This document shows positions 13,051 to 26,323 of a DNA stretch of 64,000 bases, in pieces. The position numbers and the translations under genes were made by a program. Numbering within the stretch: position 1 is the stretch's first letter; the number at the start of each line of letters is the position of its first letter. The stretch lies in assembly GCA_964106645.2 (NCBI GenBank), contig OZ067039.1. One strand, written 5' to 3'. The DNA is from Podarcis pityusensis (Eukaryota). The notes beneath the pieces were generated by a model. The model was not told the origin of the DNA. It did not search any database and was given only the letters and a program-made list of their open reading frames with translations.

Positions 13051-15138
13051 GATTAATTTTTTTCCTGCAAGGCTGCTTGGTTTCCACCCTCCCCCTCAAA
13101 AGGCACCTAGACATTTTGTTTTGGAGCCCACATGGCTCCCAGTTTCTAATACTGTGTACCAGGCTATTGCAAATGAATCAAAAAAGGCAGGGAGCAGTGT
13201 TAGAAACTGAGATATGAAAGCTAGGAGCTAAATAGCACCTTAAGTCTAGACTACCACTACATAATGCTTTATGGGGCTGCCCTTGAAGGATGTGATTTTC
13301 TTTGAGTTTTTTTCTCCCCTCATCATCTTTTTTCTGCTCTTTTTGTGGAAATGAGCGCTTGATGTCTACTTAACACTGGTGGACTAATTTTCAGAATAAA
13401 TAATAACTTGTACTATAATGTGCATGATTTCTGCTTTTATTGTTTTTTCCTACTTCTCATAAAATGGCAAAATCAAAGAGTTGCTAGGTTCCTTTACAGT
13501 TCAGTGGCTTTTAGCTCCATCTGTAAGAAAAACTTGAAATAATGAAATCAGTTTATAATTATTGTCTGAGTAAACTATTTTTAATACACCAGACATGACC
13601 ATTCAATAGTAAATCAAAGTATGCATAATGTATTTTATGTTCCTGAATTAACAAAATGACTTTCAATAGCAGTCATATTTCCCTAGTGTCGGAGGTTGAA
13701 TAATATGGAGATCAGTGATGTGACTCACTATTGGTGTAAAGAGAGGTGCAAAGCCAAAGCTCCCACATTTTCCAGACAGTGTCTTGCTTTGCGAGCCTCT
13801 TAAGAAACTTGAGGCAATCAGGTTGCTGCATTTGAGGCAACTAAAACAAAAGTGATGGAGGTTCTTTACTTTCCTGAAATGGGCTCGTTTTGATTTTTTT
13901 ACATATGCTTTCGCAGGAGCAGTTCTTAACAATCTCCCATCTGCTTCTGTTCCAGTTATAGTGGATGCAGCCCAAAGAAAGTGCTATCTTGTTTAGAAGG
14001 AGTGTGTTAGTTGCTGGTAACCGGCATAGTAAATTTATAATCTTAAACTTTCAGGGGCTCAGCTAGTGAAGGTGTGTCCTTCAAGCAGTCACTTGAGGCC
14101 TGTTGAATGTTACTATTGTGTGTCTTTTGTTGACTTTTTTAAAAACAGACAGACAAACAAAATATATTGGCTATGTTTGCCAGCATCTGTATTTTCCCAT
14201 CACCTTACACGTTTTTCCTAGGCAGGACCAGCCATCCCTTCAAGTAAAATGTAGCAGGTGCTTTGGCAGCAGATTCCAAAATCAGTGTAACTATAAAAGG
14301 GATGTCATCAAAGTTCCTGGAGATTGACCTCTGGTGCTGACTGGCTTAACTGGATGATTGAGGTCACACTTTTCAGTGTTCAAGTGTAAGAACTCCCCTA
14401 ACAGAACTACTTTGCAGATGTTTTAAAATAGGTGGCTGTCATTTAAAAAGTGCTAGGTCCTGGTTGGAATATTCTGTTCAAGAAAGGGGGGGGAAAACAC
14501 AACAGGGATATTCTGTGGGCTGACATTTGAAGTTGATGTTTGCTTAAAGGTGCTGATAAGCTTGGGCTCTCTGTGCTCTGTTGCCAAAGGACCTCTGGCT
14601 GTATGTCAACCTCGCCCATATTCTTTTGAACTTCCTAAGGCAGGCTTTCAAAGGTTTTATTACCTTTCACAAATGCTACTTGTGTAGCCACATATTACCA
14701 AGAGCAGAAGTTTAAATGTATTTAGACTGTGTTTTTGTCACCCTGAACATGTTGCTTAATCCTTTTCCAAAAGTGGTTTCTGTCTGTTCAATAAATCCTA
14801 GGTACGGTGTGCATACACATACATGTTCACTTTTATATTAAAATACCTGCATGCTTTCTGCAGAATAAAAGCTGTGGCCTTCAGGAGTGTAGAACTTGGT
14901 TGTGTAGCACATGTGCACCATGTACAGAAAGCCGTGGGTTAAATTCCAGGCATCTGTAGTTAAAAGGATCTTGGATTGCAGAGTTGTGAAAGCCTTTGCC
15001 TTAACCTCTGTTTTTTGTGGCTTTATTTGTACACATCCTTGAAGGTCAACTTGGAATACTTGTGTAACCTTAATGCAACCTCTAACCCCCCCCCCCCCCC
15101 GTTGTCGGAGCCATTATCTCTGGAATAAAAGTGTGCAT

Positions 15139-16071
15139 TAGGGCTGGGCAGTATATCAATATAATTGTTCACATCATGATAATTTTATATTATTTGAGCT
15201 GGCAATATATTGCAAATCACAACATTTGTAAAGACTAGGTGATATCTGGTTTTCAACACTGCGATAGCTCACCAGCTAAACATTGCAATGTCATAGTGAA
15301 TACAAATAATCTGGGACTGCCACCAGGCCTGCTAGGAGGCAGAAGCAGCAGTGGCAGAAACAGCTCACCCTGACCGTGATACGTATCGGCAGAAGTGGCA
15401 ACAACCTGCAAGGCCTTGCGCTGGTGGCACAATCAATGGTGGCCAGCGAGTACTTGTGGGGGCAGTAGCAGCGGCCTGCGAGGCCTCGTGGTGGTGACAA
15501 AAAGTGGTGACAGTAACGGCAGCAACCTACAAAGCCTCACAGCAGCGATGGGAAATGACAGCAGTACTGGTGGCAGCCTGCGAGGGAGTGATGGCATTAA
15601 CTGCACCCTGCAAGACTTTACAGCAATGGGAGGTGGCGGCCAGTAAGGCCATGCAGTGGCAGCGGCAAAAAGTAGCAGCAGTAATGGAGGCGACCTGCGA
15701 GGACTTGTGGTAGTGATATTGTGGATTCTGCCGCCGCCGGGCTGCTGGCAATCTGGCAGTCCCAGATTATTTTTATACACTATGACTCATTACCATACTC
15801 TGGATTGTCCTGAATACTACAATTTGGTAGGCAAGTCCAAAACCAAAAGTCTCATTTGGATGCCTTTTGGCTTGCCTGTTGATGAAAGTGACCATGAGGT
15901 GATTGATAATATCAGTTTTAGACCTTTAAGTAGTAACAGTTGCTAGGACATTGTCCTGTTCAGCTCTGCATGGTTCCTTCTTTATTTCAGATATCTTGAT
16001 ATATTGATAATATTGTGACGTTTAGCTGGTGATATATCACGATATTGAAAACCAGTTATCGTTCAGCCATA
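15139..16071. mobile_element. Non-autonomous hAT (Ac-like TAGGGCTG ends) with internal inverted and tandem repeats
   Basis: TAGGGCTGGGC start, GTTCAGCCATA end; flanks gtgtgcat / gtgtgcta; long subterminal inverted repeats (~15235-15290 versus ~16011-16060). Confidence 0.7.
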
Positions 16072-16636
16072 GTGTGCTATTGCAAGCTGACCACATGGAT
16101 TTTGCTCACCTGCTTGCTAATCTTTCTCGTGGCAGAAAGCTGGTCAGGTGGAAAAGATCCACATGATCGGTCTGATCGTATGGATATTTTTTTCCAGTGG
16201 CATGGGAATGCATTATAGGGATGTTGCTCACTGTACTTAGAGAGTATTCTGGATATCCTTTGGCTTTGAAGGAGTAAGGATTGGGATTATTTCTGGCTGG
16301 GCAACAACTCTAGACCCTGCTGGTCGTCCTTGCTTAATTGTCCCTTTTGAGTTTGCAGCTGCTTGCATGAGCCAGAAAGCAAGCAGCAGTTTGTTCTGAG
16401 AATTTCTTTTGCCTGTCTTTGCAAAATTTAAGAGTTTATTTCATGTTTGTTATCTTGGGAACATTAAAGCTGCCTCACTGACAAACTGCTCTGATGCAGT
16501 TTTTTGTGTTTAGCCTGGTTGAATAGTATCCATCTCAAATGTTAGTGAATTTGAGGAATAGGTTGCTGATGCTGATGACACAGTATGGTTATTAAAGTTT
16601 CTTAAAAGGAGAAGGGGTGTGGATGGTTTCTTAAAA

Positions 16637-16773
16637 CAGGTGGAGAAACCAATGGTCTTCCAGATGTTGTTGGACTACATCTCCCACAATCCCCGATCAT
16701 TGGCCATGCTGGTTGGGGCTGATTCAAGTTGCAATCCAGCAACATTTGGAGGGCTGCAGGTTCTCCAACCCTG
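16637..16773. mobile_element. Older palindromic hAT MITE of a related family
   Basis: ccagatgttgttggactaca...aacatttggagggc; degenerate TSD tcttaaaa / ctttaaaa. Confidence 0.7.
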
Positions 16774-17170
16774 CTTTAAAATACATTTCAAAATATGTTA
16801 GCTTTTTCAAAGTGGAGATAAAGAAATGTTTATTTGAGCTATAACTAAATTCAGTTACTTTTGCTTGGACATAAATGCTGTTAGAAATCTTTACTCTCTT
16901 GTAAACAAACAAAACTGAGCTTTTATTATGGTTTGGGCTCATAGATAGCTCCTAAAGCTGCAGCTGGTGTATGGAGAGAGACAAGCCAAATGCTATAAAG
17001 TGCCACATGGTTTTAAACCACGATTAGCGATGTAGGCTGACTCAGCAAAAATGTGCAAGGTTCGCCCTCTATCAGTATAATGGGCTGTTTTGAAAACTTG
17101 CATTAAGCTCATTTTCATAGTTCATTGTTTGTTGCAGATAAAACGTTGCAAGCCTTACAAAAATAATGGC

Positions 17171-17285
17171 CAGAAAGATTGCTGTTTTAGTCTGCGGCAT
17201 CAAATAAAACAGACTTAAAAATTAACAAATTTGTTGTGGGATAAGCTTTCATAGAGTAAAGTCTGCTTCATCTGATGCATGAGGT
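17171..17285 (-). mobile_element. Older, degenerate Penelope-like end with a decayed hammerhead core
   Basis: Reverse complement reads gcat-CAGATGAA-gcagac...at-GAAAGCTTAT...aacaaatttgtt...gactaaaacagcaatc, the same layout as the 27 kb element. Confidence 0.55.
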
Positions 17286-17539
17286 GCTATCATAAATTGA
17301 CATGTAATTATAATAATTTGTATAATGAACGACCCAGTTAACATGATTGTATGGGCTCCTAGAGAGGAGATTGTAGCTGTTTTGCTGCTCTCTGGTCACC
17401 AGTCCAGGTGCTAAACAGGCTTGGAGCTGGCCTCAAACCATATCATTAAATATTAGCTATTTGTATACTGTCCTTGATAAGTGATGTACAGCACAGGTTC
17501 GATATATTTTTAAAAAAAGATTTTCATATTACCATCAAT

Positions 17540-19420
17540 GGTTCCCAGGGTGGCTAATGGTATTTCTGTGCATTAAGATACAATAAACATAAAGCAATAT
17601 TAAAACCATCAAATAGTGTCAAGTACTGTCAATTATAGGAATAGGGAGCTTAAAATACCAGATATATTTTTATAAATCCTGGGCAAATAAAGTTTTTGCA
17701 TGGCACTTAAAAGATAAAGAAGGAATCAAGTGGGTTTCATTGGAGGGAATTCCAAAGACACTATAACACAGCCATAAATGTTCTTTCTCTAGTTTCCATC
17801 TCCCTCTCCAATTGGTGGAAAATGTCACTAAATATTGATATATGGGTAGTAGGGACTAGGTGTTGTTTTAGATACCTGGATCCCAAGCTGTGAAGGGTTT
17901 AAAAGTGAGCACCTTGACTTGACATTGGAAGTTGATGAACAGCCAGTAAAGGTCTTTTTTATTATTATTTTTCAAAAATCATATTTCTAACTAGAGATCC
18001 TAGTTTTTCTAAAATGTAGCTGCTAGAATTCTAACTGCAGCTTGCAAAATCTGTTCAGGTCCCTCGTAACACATTGCAACAAAGTATGGATAACTGGCTA
18101 GACTGTTTGTGTCCAGGTTCATCAGAGTTCTTCCATTTCTCTCTTTAAAAACCCTGGTAATTTCCATGCTAATCTGAGGAAAGCTTGGGAGATCTTCCCC
18201 ATCTCTAGTAATTAGCCATGAGTGGTAAAGATCAAGTGAACAAAAAGTAGGTTACGTAGCCCCAAGCACCTTGTCTTGCATATTCAAGCTGCATCAACTG
18301 AAATTCATCCCACAATGCTACATCAGACAGTGCTTTTGACACATCCTCGGATTGAACTGCCATAATTGTAGCATCTAGACTCTGATGAAGGTGAAGGTAA
18401 ATGATTTTGTCTTGACAACATGTTTAGCAAACATGTTACAGCAGGCGCTGAAGGTTTTTTGAATCCTTTCATGTGGTACTAAGCCATGAGCTGCTTGGAA
18501 TATCTCTGCTGGACACCACTCCCAAGTATGTGATGGTTAGCAGAGAAGTGTTTCCTTGCTGTTATGACCACAGAGTAGGCTCAGTAGTGAACTTTTACCT
18601 GTGTTTAGTCATATTCGATGTGAGCCTTCTACCACCTGCATTCTAGTAGTCTTGCTGCCTGCTTCCTTAGCTAAGTTACTAGGTAAACCAGGGACCAGGC
18701 TCTGCCCTGTGAGAGAGAACCCTTAGGAACAATTGTGCTAACTTCCTGAGCAATTGAGACGAAGGCTTGGTGTGCTGGACATGCCAACAGGACTCCTTGA
18801 GGACTTTTTGGAAACCACTGAATTAAGTTCATTTTTGGACTGTCCTACTGGATTTGCTGCTCCTACAGAGGGTAGTAGTTGCTGCTGGCTTAAACCCAGC
18901 AGGAAGTGGTCTGAACGTGACTGGGGAGGTACTGAAAAACCCTCCACACCACAGTGCAGTTGAGAACTCTAGGTCTGTAGTGTGGTACACCATAGTAAGT
19001 CGCCCTGCCCCAGAACAATTTTGGTGCTGCATCAATACGGCAAGTGGGTGTAGCTGAGAGAGTTCCCTTCCTTCAAGAATAAATAATGAATAGTAGTTTA
19101 GTTATAATTTACCTGGTATTTAACTGGTCATCTTTTGCAGCCTGGGTGGCCAGCCTGTGGGACAGCCAGCAGTTCTTTATTGCACGCAGGAGTAGAAGAG
19201 GGTGCCTCTGGCATAAGAGTCCATCCAATATGCCTGCCACGTTGCAGTCAGAGCTCTTGCTCAGTACGCTTGAGGCAGAGTTGCAATGAGGCATGGAGGT
19301 TGGATCTGCATTGAAGGCTTTGTCATTGGGTTTGATGACAAAAGTGGTTGATGAACTGTGTTTTACTATTTGGGTGTTGAAGGCAAGAGTGGAAATTGTC
19401 CAGAACAATTAAGTGAACCT
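17540..19420 (-). mobile_element. Highly degenerate L2/CR1-group LINE (boundaries approximate)
   Basis: Tail-like segment at ~17670-17960 resembles the 33.9 kb remnant; decayed endonuclease-to-RT linker-like sequence at ~18550-19350. Confidence 0.45.
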
Positions 19421-22400
19421 GTACGTGAGCAGAGAATTAAGCCAGGTGCTTCAAAGTCAATCCAAAATCTATCAGTTTTGTATTTTTAGATTCCACTATT
19501 CATCTCCACATTCTCCAGATTTTCTGTGGGGTCCGTACAGTAAATAGGATTCCTGTTCATTTGAATTTGCAGGCTGTGCTAGCTTGTCAGAAAATAAAGG
19601 TTTACTGTGGATGAATGCATCCGAACAGTGTTGTTTATCATTTCAGGGAGGGGGGAGGATAACTGGTAAAAACAAATTGCTAAAATTTCAAATCTATTTT
19701 CAATTCTTAATTGTAGTATGTATTCTTATTTTTGCTTTGCTTTACATACTCCTAAACTGATTGACCTCAAGACTACCTAATCAATTTGAGAAATACTTGC
19801 TACATTCTAATTTTATTTTTTGTATACTGCCCAGGGAATGTGATTGAAGGGAGGTCTACTCTACCATAATAAATAAAGCAACATTGTAACGCGGGACTTC
19901 CACACAGTTTCCTCATTTCAAAGGCATCTCATCTCCAAACTGGGTTTTCTTAGAAGTTGGGGGGGAAAGCAATGCTTGTGAAAATCAGCACACAGAGACC
20001 ATCCTAATGCATAGTTATAGTCAGTTTGGACATCATGGTCAGCCATAGTTGAGAATGCTTAACTACAGTCTAGCATGGTTTCTGAAGATTATGTGTGGGC
20101 TACCAAACTAGAATTAGAAGCCATGGGTTGAGGTGGGTTTGCCATGGTGTGGCTTGCAGAGAAGCAGCTCTGGGGTAGCCAGGTTCAGATTCTCCTGTTT
20201 GGCCATGAACCATGCTTTCTGATCTTGAGCTGGTTGTGGTATCCTCACAGAATTGTTATGAGTGTAAAGTAGAGATGAGGGTGGAGTGAACATAATGCTT
20301 AATGCAGAGTAGATAGAAAATGCAAGTACAAAAGTAGCTCTGAAATTATTTTACGTATTATTGGGCTACTTTGTGTAAATCTATCGAGAGGAGTTTATGT
20401 AATAAAATCACAAAATGTAACAATAAAAAACATAAGCAAGGCACTAAAAATTGCAGCAACAGCAGTTGGACATCTGAAAGCTGCAGACCATGAAACATTA
20501 AAAATTGTGTGAAATTTTAAAAATGATAAAACTCATCTAAAAACAGAAAGAAAAGAGGCCATTTATCCTGGGTTTCTGACACTCTTCAATGGAACATTTA
20601 ACAGTAGAATCCAATGCAGGTCTACTCAGATGTTTAAGATTGCAGCCTAAGGCTCACAGACCTCAAACCCCAAATCATGGGGTTAGCCAACCAGAATTAG
20701 CAAGTTCAAAGCATATTTTGATTCCAAACAACCAGGCATAATGAACCACCTCAGTCTTTAAGTTCAGCTAGGGACCCTGCTTTCTGTCCTATTATTGTGA
20801 GAAGACAGGTGGCAAGTATACGAGACAGGGCTTTCTAAGTGGTGCCACTAAAGCTCTGAAACACTTTCTTACATCAGATTTCTTTTTGGCAGGATTATAA
20901 AGCTGGAAGGTGGATATATAAAAATACTGGCACTTGAGAGGTTAACTTTGCAGTGATGGTTGTGTTTTGTCAACTATCCATGTTGGATTATAATAGCTTT
21001 ATATTTCATGGTATATTTATATTATATATTTGTACCAAAAACTATTGGTTGCTACACTAACTAAGTTTTGTTGCTATTGATTTAGAATTTTCCTTTTTAG
21101 GTCTAGGACACATACTAGTTAGTACTTGAGCTACAGGCACAGAGGATCTCTTTTGCATGCCAAAAGAATGCAACTTTCTCAGGCTTTGCTGCTTTCTTCT
21201 GCTTTACTTTTTTGTTGTTAATCCAGTTAACCAGTGTTTAAAATTAGAAACATATATTATTGAACCGTATAGGTTTCTACACTGCTTATATCATTCAGTT
21301 ATTTGAGTGAGTTGTGTCTTGTGTTGTTAATTGCTTACACCTAAACCATTTTAGGATGCTTCAGAGCTATGTTTTGCTCATTTAAATGCCCTAATGGCAA
21401 CTGTTCAAAAAGAATGTTGTAATAATGCATCCAGGGGTTTCATCTCTGTTTCTTTCCAGACATGGCTGGCCTTTGGACGGCCCTGTTATGGGATTTTAAA
21501 AATCTGTCTGTGACTAATGTAAGTTATGCTTTTCTGCTTGAGTTCTTTATTTTTGTACAGTTTTAAGGTACCCTTCCTGAATGGGAACTGTTTGTCTTTG
21601 CGTATTAAGTTTTCACTTTCCAGCAGTAAGTAGGATTGTGTCTGGTATGGAATGCTATCTATCTGAAGAAAATGAATCTGCATCAAAACTGAGTCCCTCC
21701 GCTACAGGATCTGTGCTTGGACAAGCAGCTAAGGCACTGCTACTACATTGCAAAAGGGAGAGTGGTCACTCGGGCTCTCTGAGGCTCTGAAGGGAACTAC
21801 AAGCATTTTAAATTAGATTCTGGAATTCGGCTGCCAACCCCTCTGCGCTTTTTGCTCTCCTTGTCACGGTGGCTGCTGCAGAACTTGTTGCTCCCATTTG
21901 CATGGGCCAAGAAGTAGAACAGATCACCCTGTATTGCTGGATTGCAGCCTGTCACTCATATGCCGAGTGCACCATTCTCTGCAGAGTTGGGCACAGGCCA
22001 GTTACCTTGGCAGAAGGGGATGAAAGATATCTGACAAGAGGGAGGAGATTGGCTTTCCTTTGCCGTGGGACAGAGATAGGTGGCCTCTTTGGGTTGTCAT
22101 GGGGGGTTGAGGGTGGGAATGTAGGCATTATTTATAGCACTAAATATAGTTGACTCTGCTTTCATAGAACAAGATTTGGGTCATGTGACCATTTTCCTTC
22201 TTCCTTGGCTGCTCGTCTGTGCTGAGATCATGTATCTGAATAGGTAATAATTAACTGTTAACGAGCTTTTCATTAGAGGCCTGACTGTGTATGCACAGGG
22301 AGGCAGAGCTAAGGCTCTGTGGAAAAACCTGCTTTCTCTCTCAGGACAAGGTTGCAATGCTTTTAGGCTGATGCCCCCTCTTTGAATGCTTGCTAGCGTT

Positions 22401-23428
22401 CATTCCCTGAATAACTTGTGTGGCAGTTACTCCCATACTGCAACACTGTTTTGAGGTACAACTTCTCGACAGTGAAGCTTCTTGGCTTAAGAGAGATGTT
22501 GCTTGTATGAGGTGCTATTCATTTTGAGTATAAAGAAAGTCTGACCCACATACCTTTCAATTACTTTTTTGCTGCTGACTTGTTAAGCTGCTGTAGCTAT
22601 TGGGTGAACTTGAGCATAGCTCTGTGAAGTTGCCCAGGTGAGGATAGTTGTTAGAAGCCGGCATCTTGTGTTCATGGAGGTGCATTGTGACAGCTGAAAA
22701 ATATGTAGCTTTTCCCAAGAAATGTCATACAGTCCCTGCCTATGGTCATGATAGACAGGCACAGGTGGAAGGACTAACGTGGCATTCAGCTGGGTTGCAG
22801 CTCTCTTCCGGAAGTGACCAAAACCAGCCCACTCTTGCATTCCCTCCTCCCTCTTTTCTATGTTAACAGCTTCTCTTACCTTGAGTGTGTGCTTCCAGAT
22901 TAGACTACAGTGGCAAATGCAGGGTTCTGATACGGCATATAGCCTATAGATATAGAGAGCTGCTAATTGATTAACTTGCCTGTTTTTGGAAAGGCAATCA
23001 ACCTTTGGATTTCCCACTGAATTGTTGTTTTCCAGTTTAATATGCTGCAAGTGAGGAGGTACATTTGTCAAAAAGCTGTTATTTCTTTCTCTGTCTTTCC
23101 GTCTCTAGCCTGATTTGAAAAGACACAGTGACCTAGCCTAGCTGATTTTAAAAAGGTGTGTGTGGGGAGGTGCCCTTTGAATTAGAATGGGAGTGAAATC
23201 CTTTGAGCATATGACCTTGAGCATGTAAATTATTTGCCTTCCCTTGCTTTTAGCTCAAAGTGTGTGTGTGCGTGTGTCTGTTCATGCATGTGTGCTAAAT
23301 ATGCATTTGCTGCTAACATCAGACTGGTTTTTATAAGCGCTCCTCTGTATCTTTCCTGAACTGGTGTTTTTTTAGTAGAACTGCCTTGTAAGTGCAGGAC
23401 CGAAAGGGCTGGTAGTGCATTTACAGTA

Positions 23429-23444
23429 TGCTGCCATCTGGTGA
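23429..23444 (-). promoter_or_regulatory. CTCF-like motif (rc TCACCAGATGGCAGCA)
   Basis: Motif match only. Confidence 0.4.
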
Positions 23445-24372
23445 TAAAAGGTCTATAGATGCTTTTTGTGAGCTATTTTGATGGCAAGTTAGAACTTTAG
23501 AATAATTCACAATAGAGGTGGGCAGGCTTCAGACTTTCAGAATCTATTCTGTTAACTGGATTCCTGAGAATCCACCACCTGGAGCCAGGTGCAGCATACT
23601 GGCTGAGGTGTAGCCAGAGGCAAAAAGATGGCTAAGGGAGAGCCTGCTGCCTACTGCATTGGAATGATTTGCATTTACCACTAAACATCTACATGGGGAG
23701 TTACTACAAATCCTGGTATGGGGTGGCAGAGAAGCTTTTTTTTTTCTTTTTCTTTTTTTACAATTGTTAACCATTGCAAATCGGAAATCCATTACATTAC
23801 ATTCATGAGAATTCTAGCACTGGGAATGCTATCAATATGGCTTTCACAACATCTAAAGCAAACAGCTATGGCAAAAAAAATTACACTACACAGCAGTTGC
23901 AGGATACTAATACCCTGTAAGGTGTTTTACTGGATGCCATTATGTCAGCTTTTAAAAAGTTTTCTTTTAAGGTTATATTTGTTTAAAGAACTGTGATTTA
24001 CAGAACAGTTCAGACCACTGATCTGCTATACTGGAGGGGTTTGTATGGAGTGGAAATATCTATCCACCTTTGCATTGCCTGGCTCCAGTGCAACTGGACA
24101 GTAGTCACAAGCTATACTGCAGCGCTAGCCAGTGGAAACCCCCCCAAAGGGGTGATTAGAAGCTGGCACAGGATCTGCTGGATCTTGAATAGGCTCTGCT
24201 GTTGCCCTGTCACCGAAACGGGCCCAATCGAGGCCTCTTTGCTACATCAGCTTAACCCCTCCCTTTCTGCCCTAGCTGGTGTGAGCAAGCAGCAGAGCTA
24301 TGGAGGTGGCTGTGCTACTCCATCAAGCCCCGCTGCTGTTCGCAGGAGTGGGGTGGAGTGGGGTTGGGATAG

Positions 24373-24514
24373 TAGAATCATAGAATTGTAGAGTTTAAAG
24401 AGACCACAAGGGTCATCTAGTCCAACCACCTGCAATGCAGTAATCTTTTTGTCCAAACATGGGACTCGAACTCATGACCTTAAGATTGAGTCTCATGCTC
24501 TACCGACTGAGCTA
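24373..24514 (-). mobile_element. tRNA-Lys-derived SINE with CR1-type 3' tail (Squam2-like)
   Basis: rc TAGCTCAGTCGGTAGAGCATGAGACTC...GAGTTCGAGTCCCA, followed by a tail ending ...TTCTATGATTCT. Confidence 0.8.
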
Positions 24515-25947
24515 TAGTAATGCAGCCTTAACAATCAGTCAAAGGTGAGAGAGCTCCTGCCCCCTCTCGCTTACAGTCCAAAATATGCAATACAAATGGA
24601 AGAAGTGATGGAGAGGGAACAGGAAAGCAAGCAAACTCAGGTATCAGTTCTTTATAATGTTACGTAGTTTTTACCATGAGAAACTGGGGGAGAAACAGTT
24701 GAAGGAAGAGGAGAAACCGAATAGAATTGGTCTTCTAGCAGAATTGGTGGGAGTTCAGCTGCTTCCCTTTTCTTCCTCTGCTGCAGCCTGATGGAATGGT
24801 TTCTGCCAGATGATAGTTGTTTTTCCTTGAAGCTTAAGGGAGGAGCTACTGCTTCCACTCATCTGCCTAATTTTACTCCTTTGCCTTATGCTCTAATCTC
24901 TCATTTCATCAACAGCACATCATGATTTGAGAATTAAATTAAAAGTGAAACTAGAAGCATAGTAAAAAAAAAATCCACTTTGGATTTTGGGTGCGTGTGT
25001 GTTTGTTTACAATCAAGTGGTGTATAAATATAATGAAATGAAATGGAGTCCACCATTGCACAAAGCTTCTACTATAGGAGAGCATCGGCGGAAAAGATGG
25101 ACCTGAACCATCTCTTCCTTGGTCGGGATATGGAAACATGAAATTATTGGACCAGTAGAAAAGTAGTAAAGATAAAGTATTCGACCAGTAGTAAAGAAGT
25201 CCTTAAGTTTTTAGGTGCTTTGTTATAAACAAGTACAATATAAATGAACATAAACTATAATATATAGGTAGTGGTGGGGAACCAGTTTTCCCCTACTTTC
25301 ATTTGACGATACAGCTGTTGCAGACCAATGTTGGTCTTCAGTCAGCCCCTCTGGGAATCGCTTACTTTTATGCATTGTGGCTCGCAGTGAGCTGTAGGAT
25401 TCGGGGAGCATGAAGGGAGGGAGAGAGAGAGATGATGGGGGGGCAGAGATGGAAATGGGTGGAGTCAAAATGAATGGATTGATGCAGGTGCGCATATTTC
25501 CACCCTGTGCTGTTGGAAGAGGTAAAGTGCGAAGCTTGATCCAGATATAAAAATGGAGGAAATGGGAACACAAATAAAGGATGTTAACCTGCAGCATTGC
25601 AAATTTATTCTGGCTCTACTCATTGCTGGCATGTGGCCCTAAACATGCTCCCCCTGAGGGAATGTAAGTGGAGACAAATTGTTACAGCTCTTTGTACTCT
25701 TTTTAGGTAATAGAATCCCACATAATGGCTCACACAGACATTTGCATCACTTGATAGCTTAACACTTTGATTATCTACACTGATTTAAAACAATATTAAA
25801 AGTTCTGTCTGTACGCTTGTATATGCAATTGCTCATTCACACATGCAAATTGTTCTCTGCTTCAGAAATCAGGTGATGAAATCAAGTGCACGAACTGGTT
25901 ATGAAAGTTATGAGTTCTCCAGCAATAATGTGCTTTTTTCTCTAGTG

Positions 25948-26085
25948 CAGAATGTTTCCCATCCTTGAGTCTCCAGCTGTTTTTGGATTACAACTCCCAT
26001 CATCCCTAGTTAGCGAGACCAGTGGTCAGGGATGATGGGAAATATAGTCAAAAAACAGCTTGAGATCCAAGGTTGGGAAACACTG
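25948..26085. mobile_element. Palindromic hAT MITE abutting a second hAT element
   Basis: Same core (cccatcatccct...agggatgatggg), inverted relative to 8279; CAG..CTG ends. Confidence 0.75.
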
Positions 26086-26092
26086 GCTAGAG

Positions 26093-26323
26093 CAGGGGTC
26101 AACAACTTTTTCAGCAGGGGGCCGGTCCACTGTCCCTCAGACCTTGTGGGGGGCCGGACTATATTTTGAAGAAAAAAATGAACGAATTCCTATGCCCCAC
26201 AAATAACCCAGAGATGCATTTTAAATAAAAACACACATTCTACTCATGTAAAAACATGCTGTTTCCCGGACTGTCTGTGGGCTGGATTTAGAAAGCAATT
26301 GGGCCTTAGTTTGCCTACCCATG
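26093..26323. mobile_element. Short non-autonomous hAT-Charlie element (cargo-free relative of 43784-44532)
   Basis: CAGGGGTC start; TSD ggctagag / ggctacag; first ~80 bp and last ~45 bp align with the 43784 element. Confidence 0.85.

Noticed and set aside
22583-23071. 162-aa minus-strand ORF
   Set aside because: No recognisable motif or exon structure; consistent with a chance ORF.
24451-24514. tRNA-Lys gene on the - strand
   Set aside because: The 5' acceptor stem is missing, the anticodon loop has a deletion and it is fused to a CR1-type tail, so it is a SINE head.
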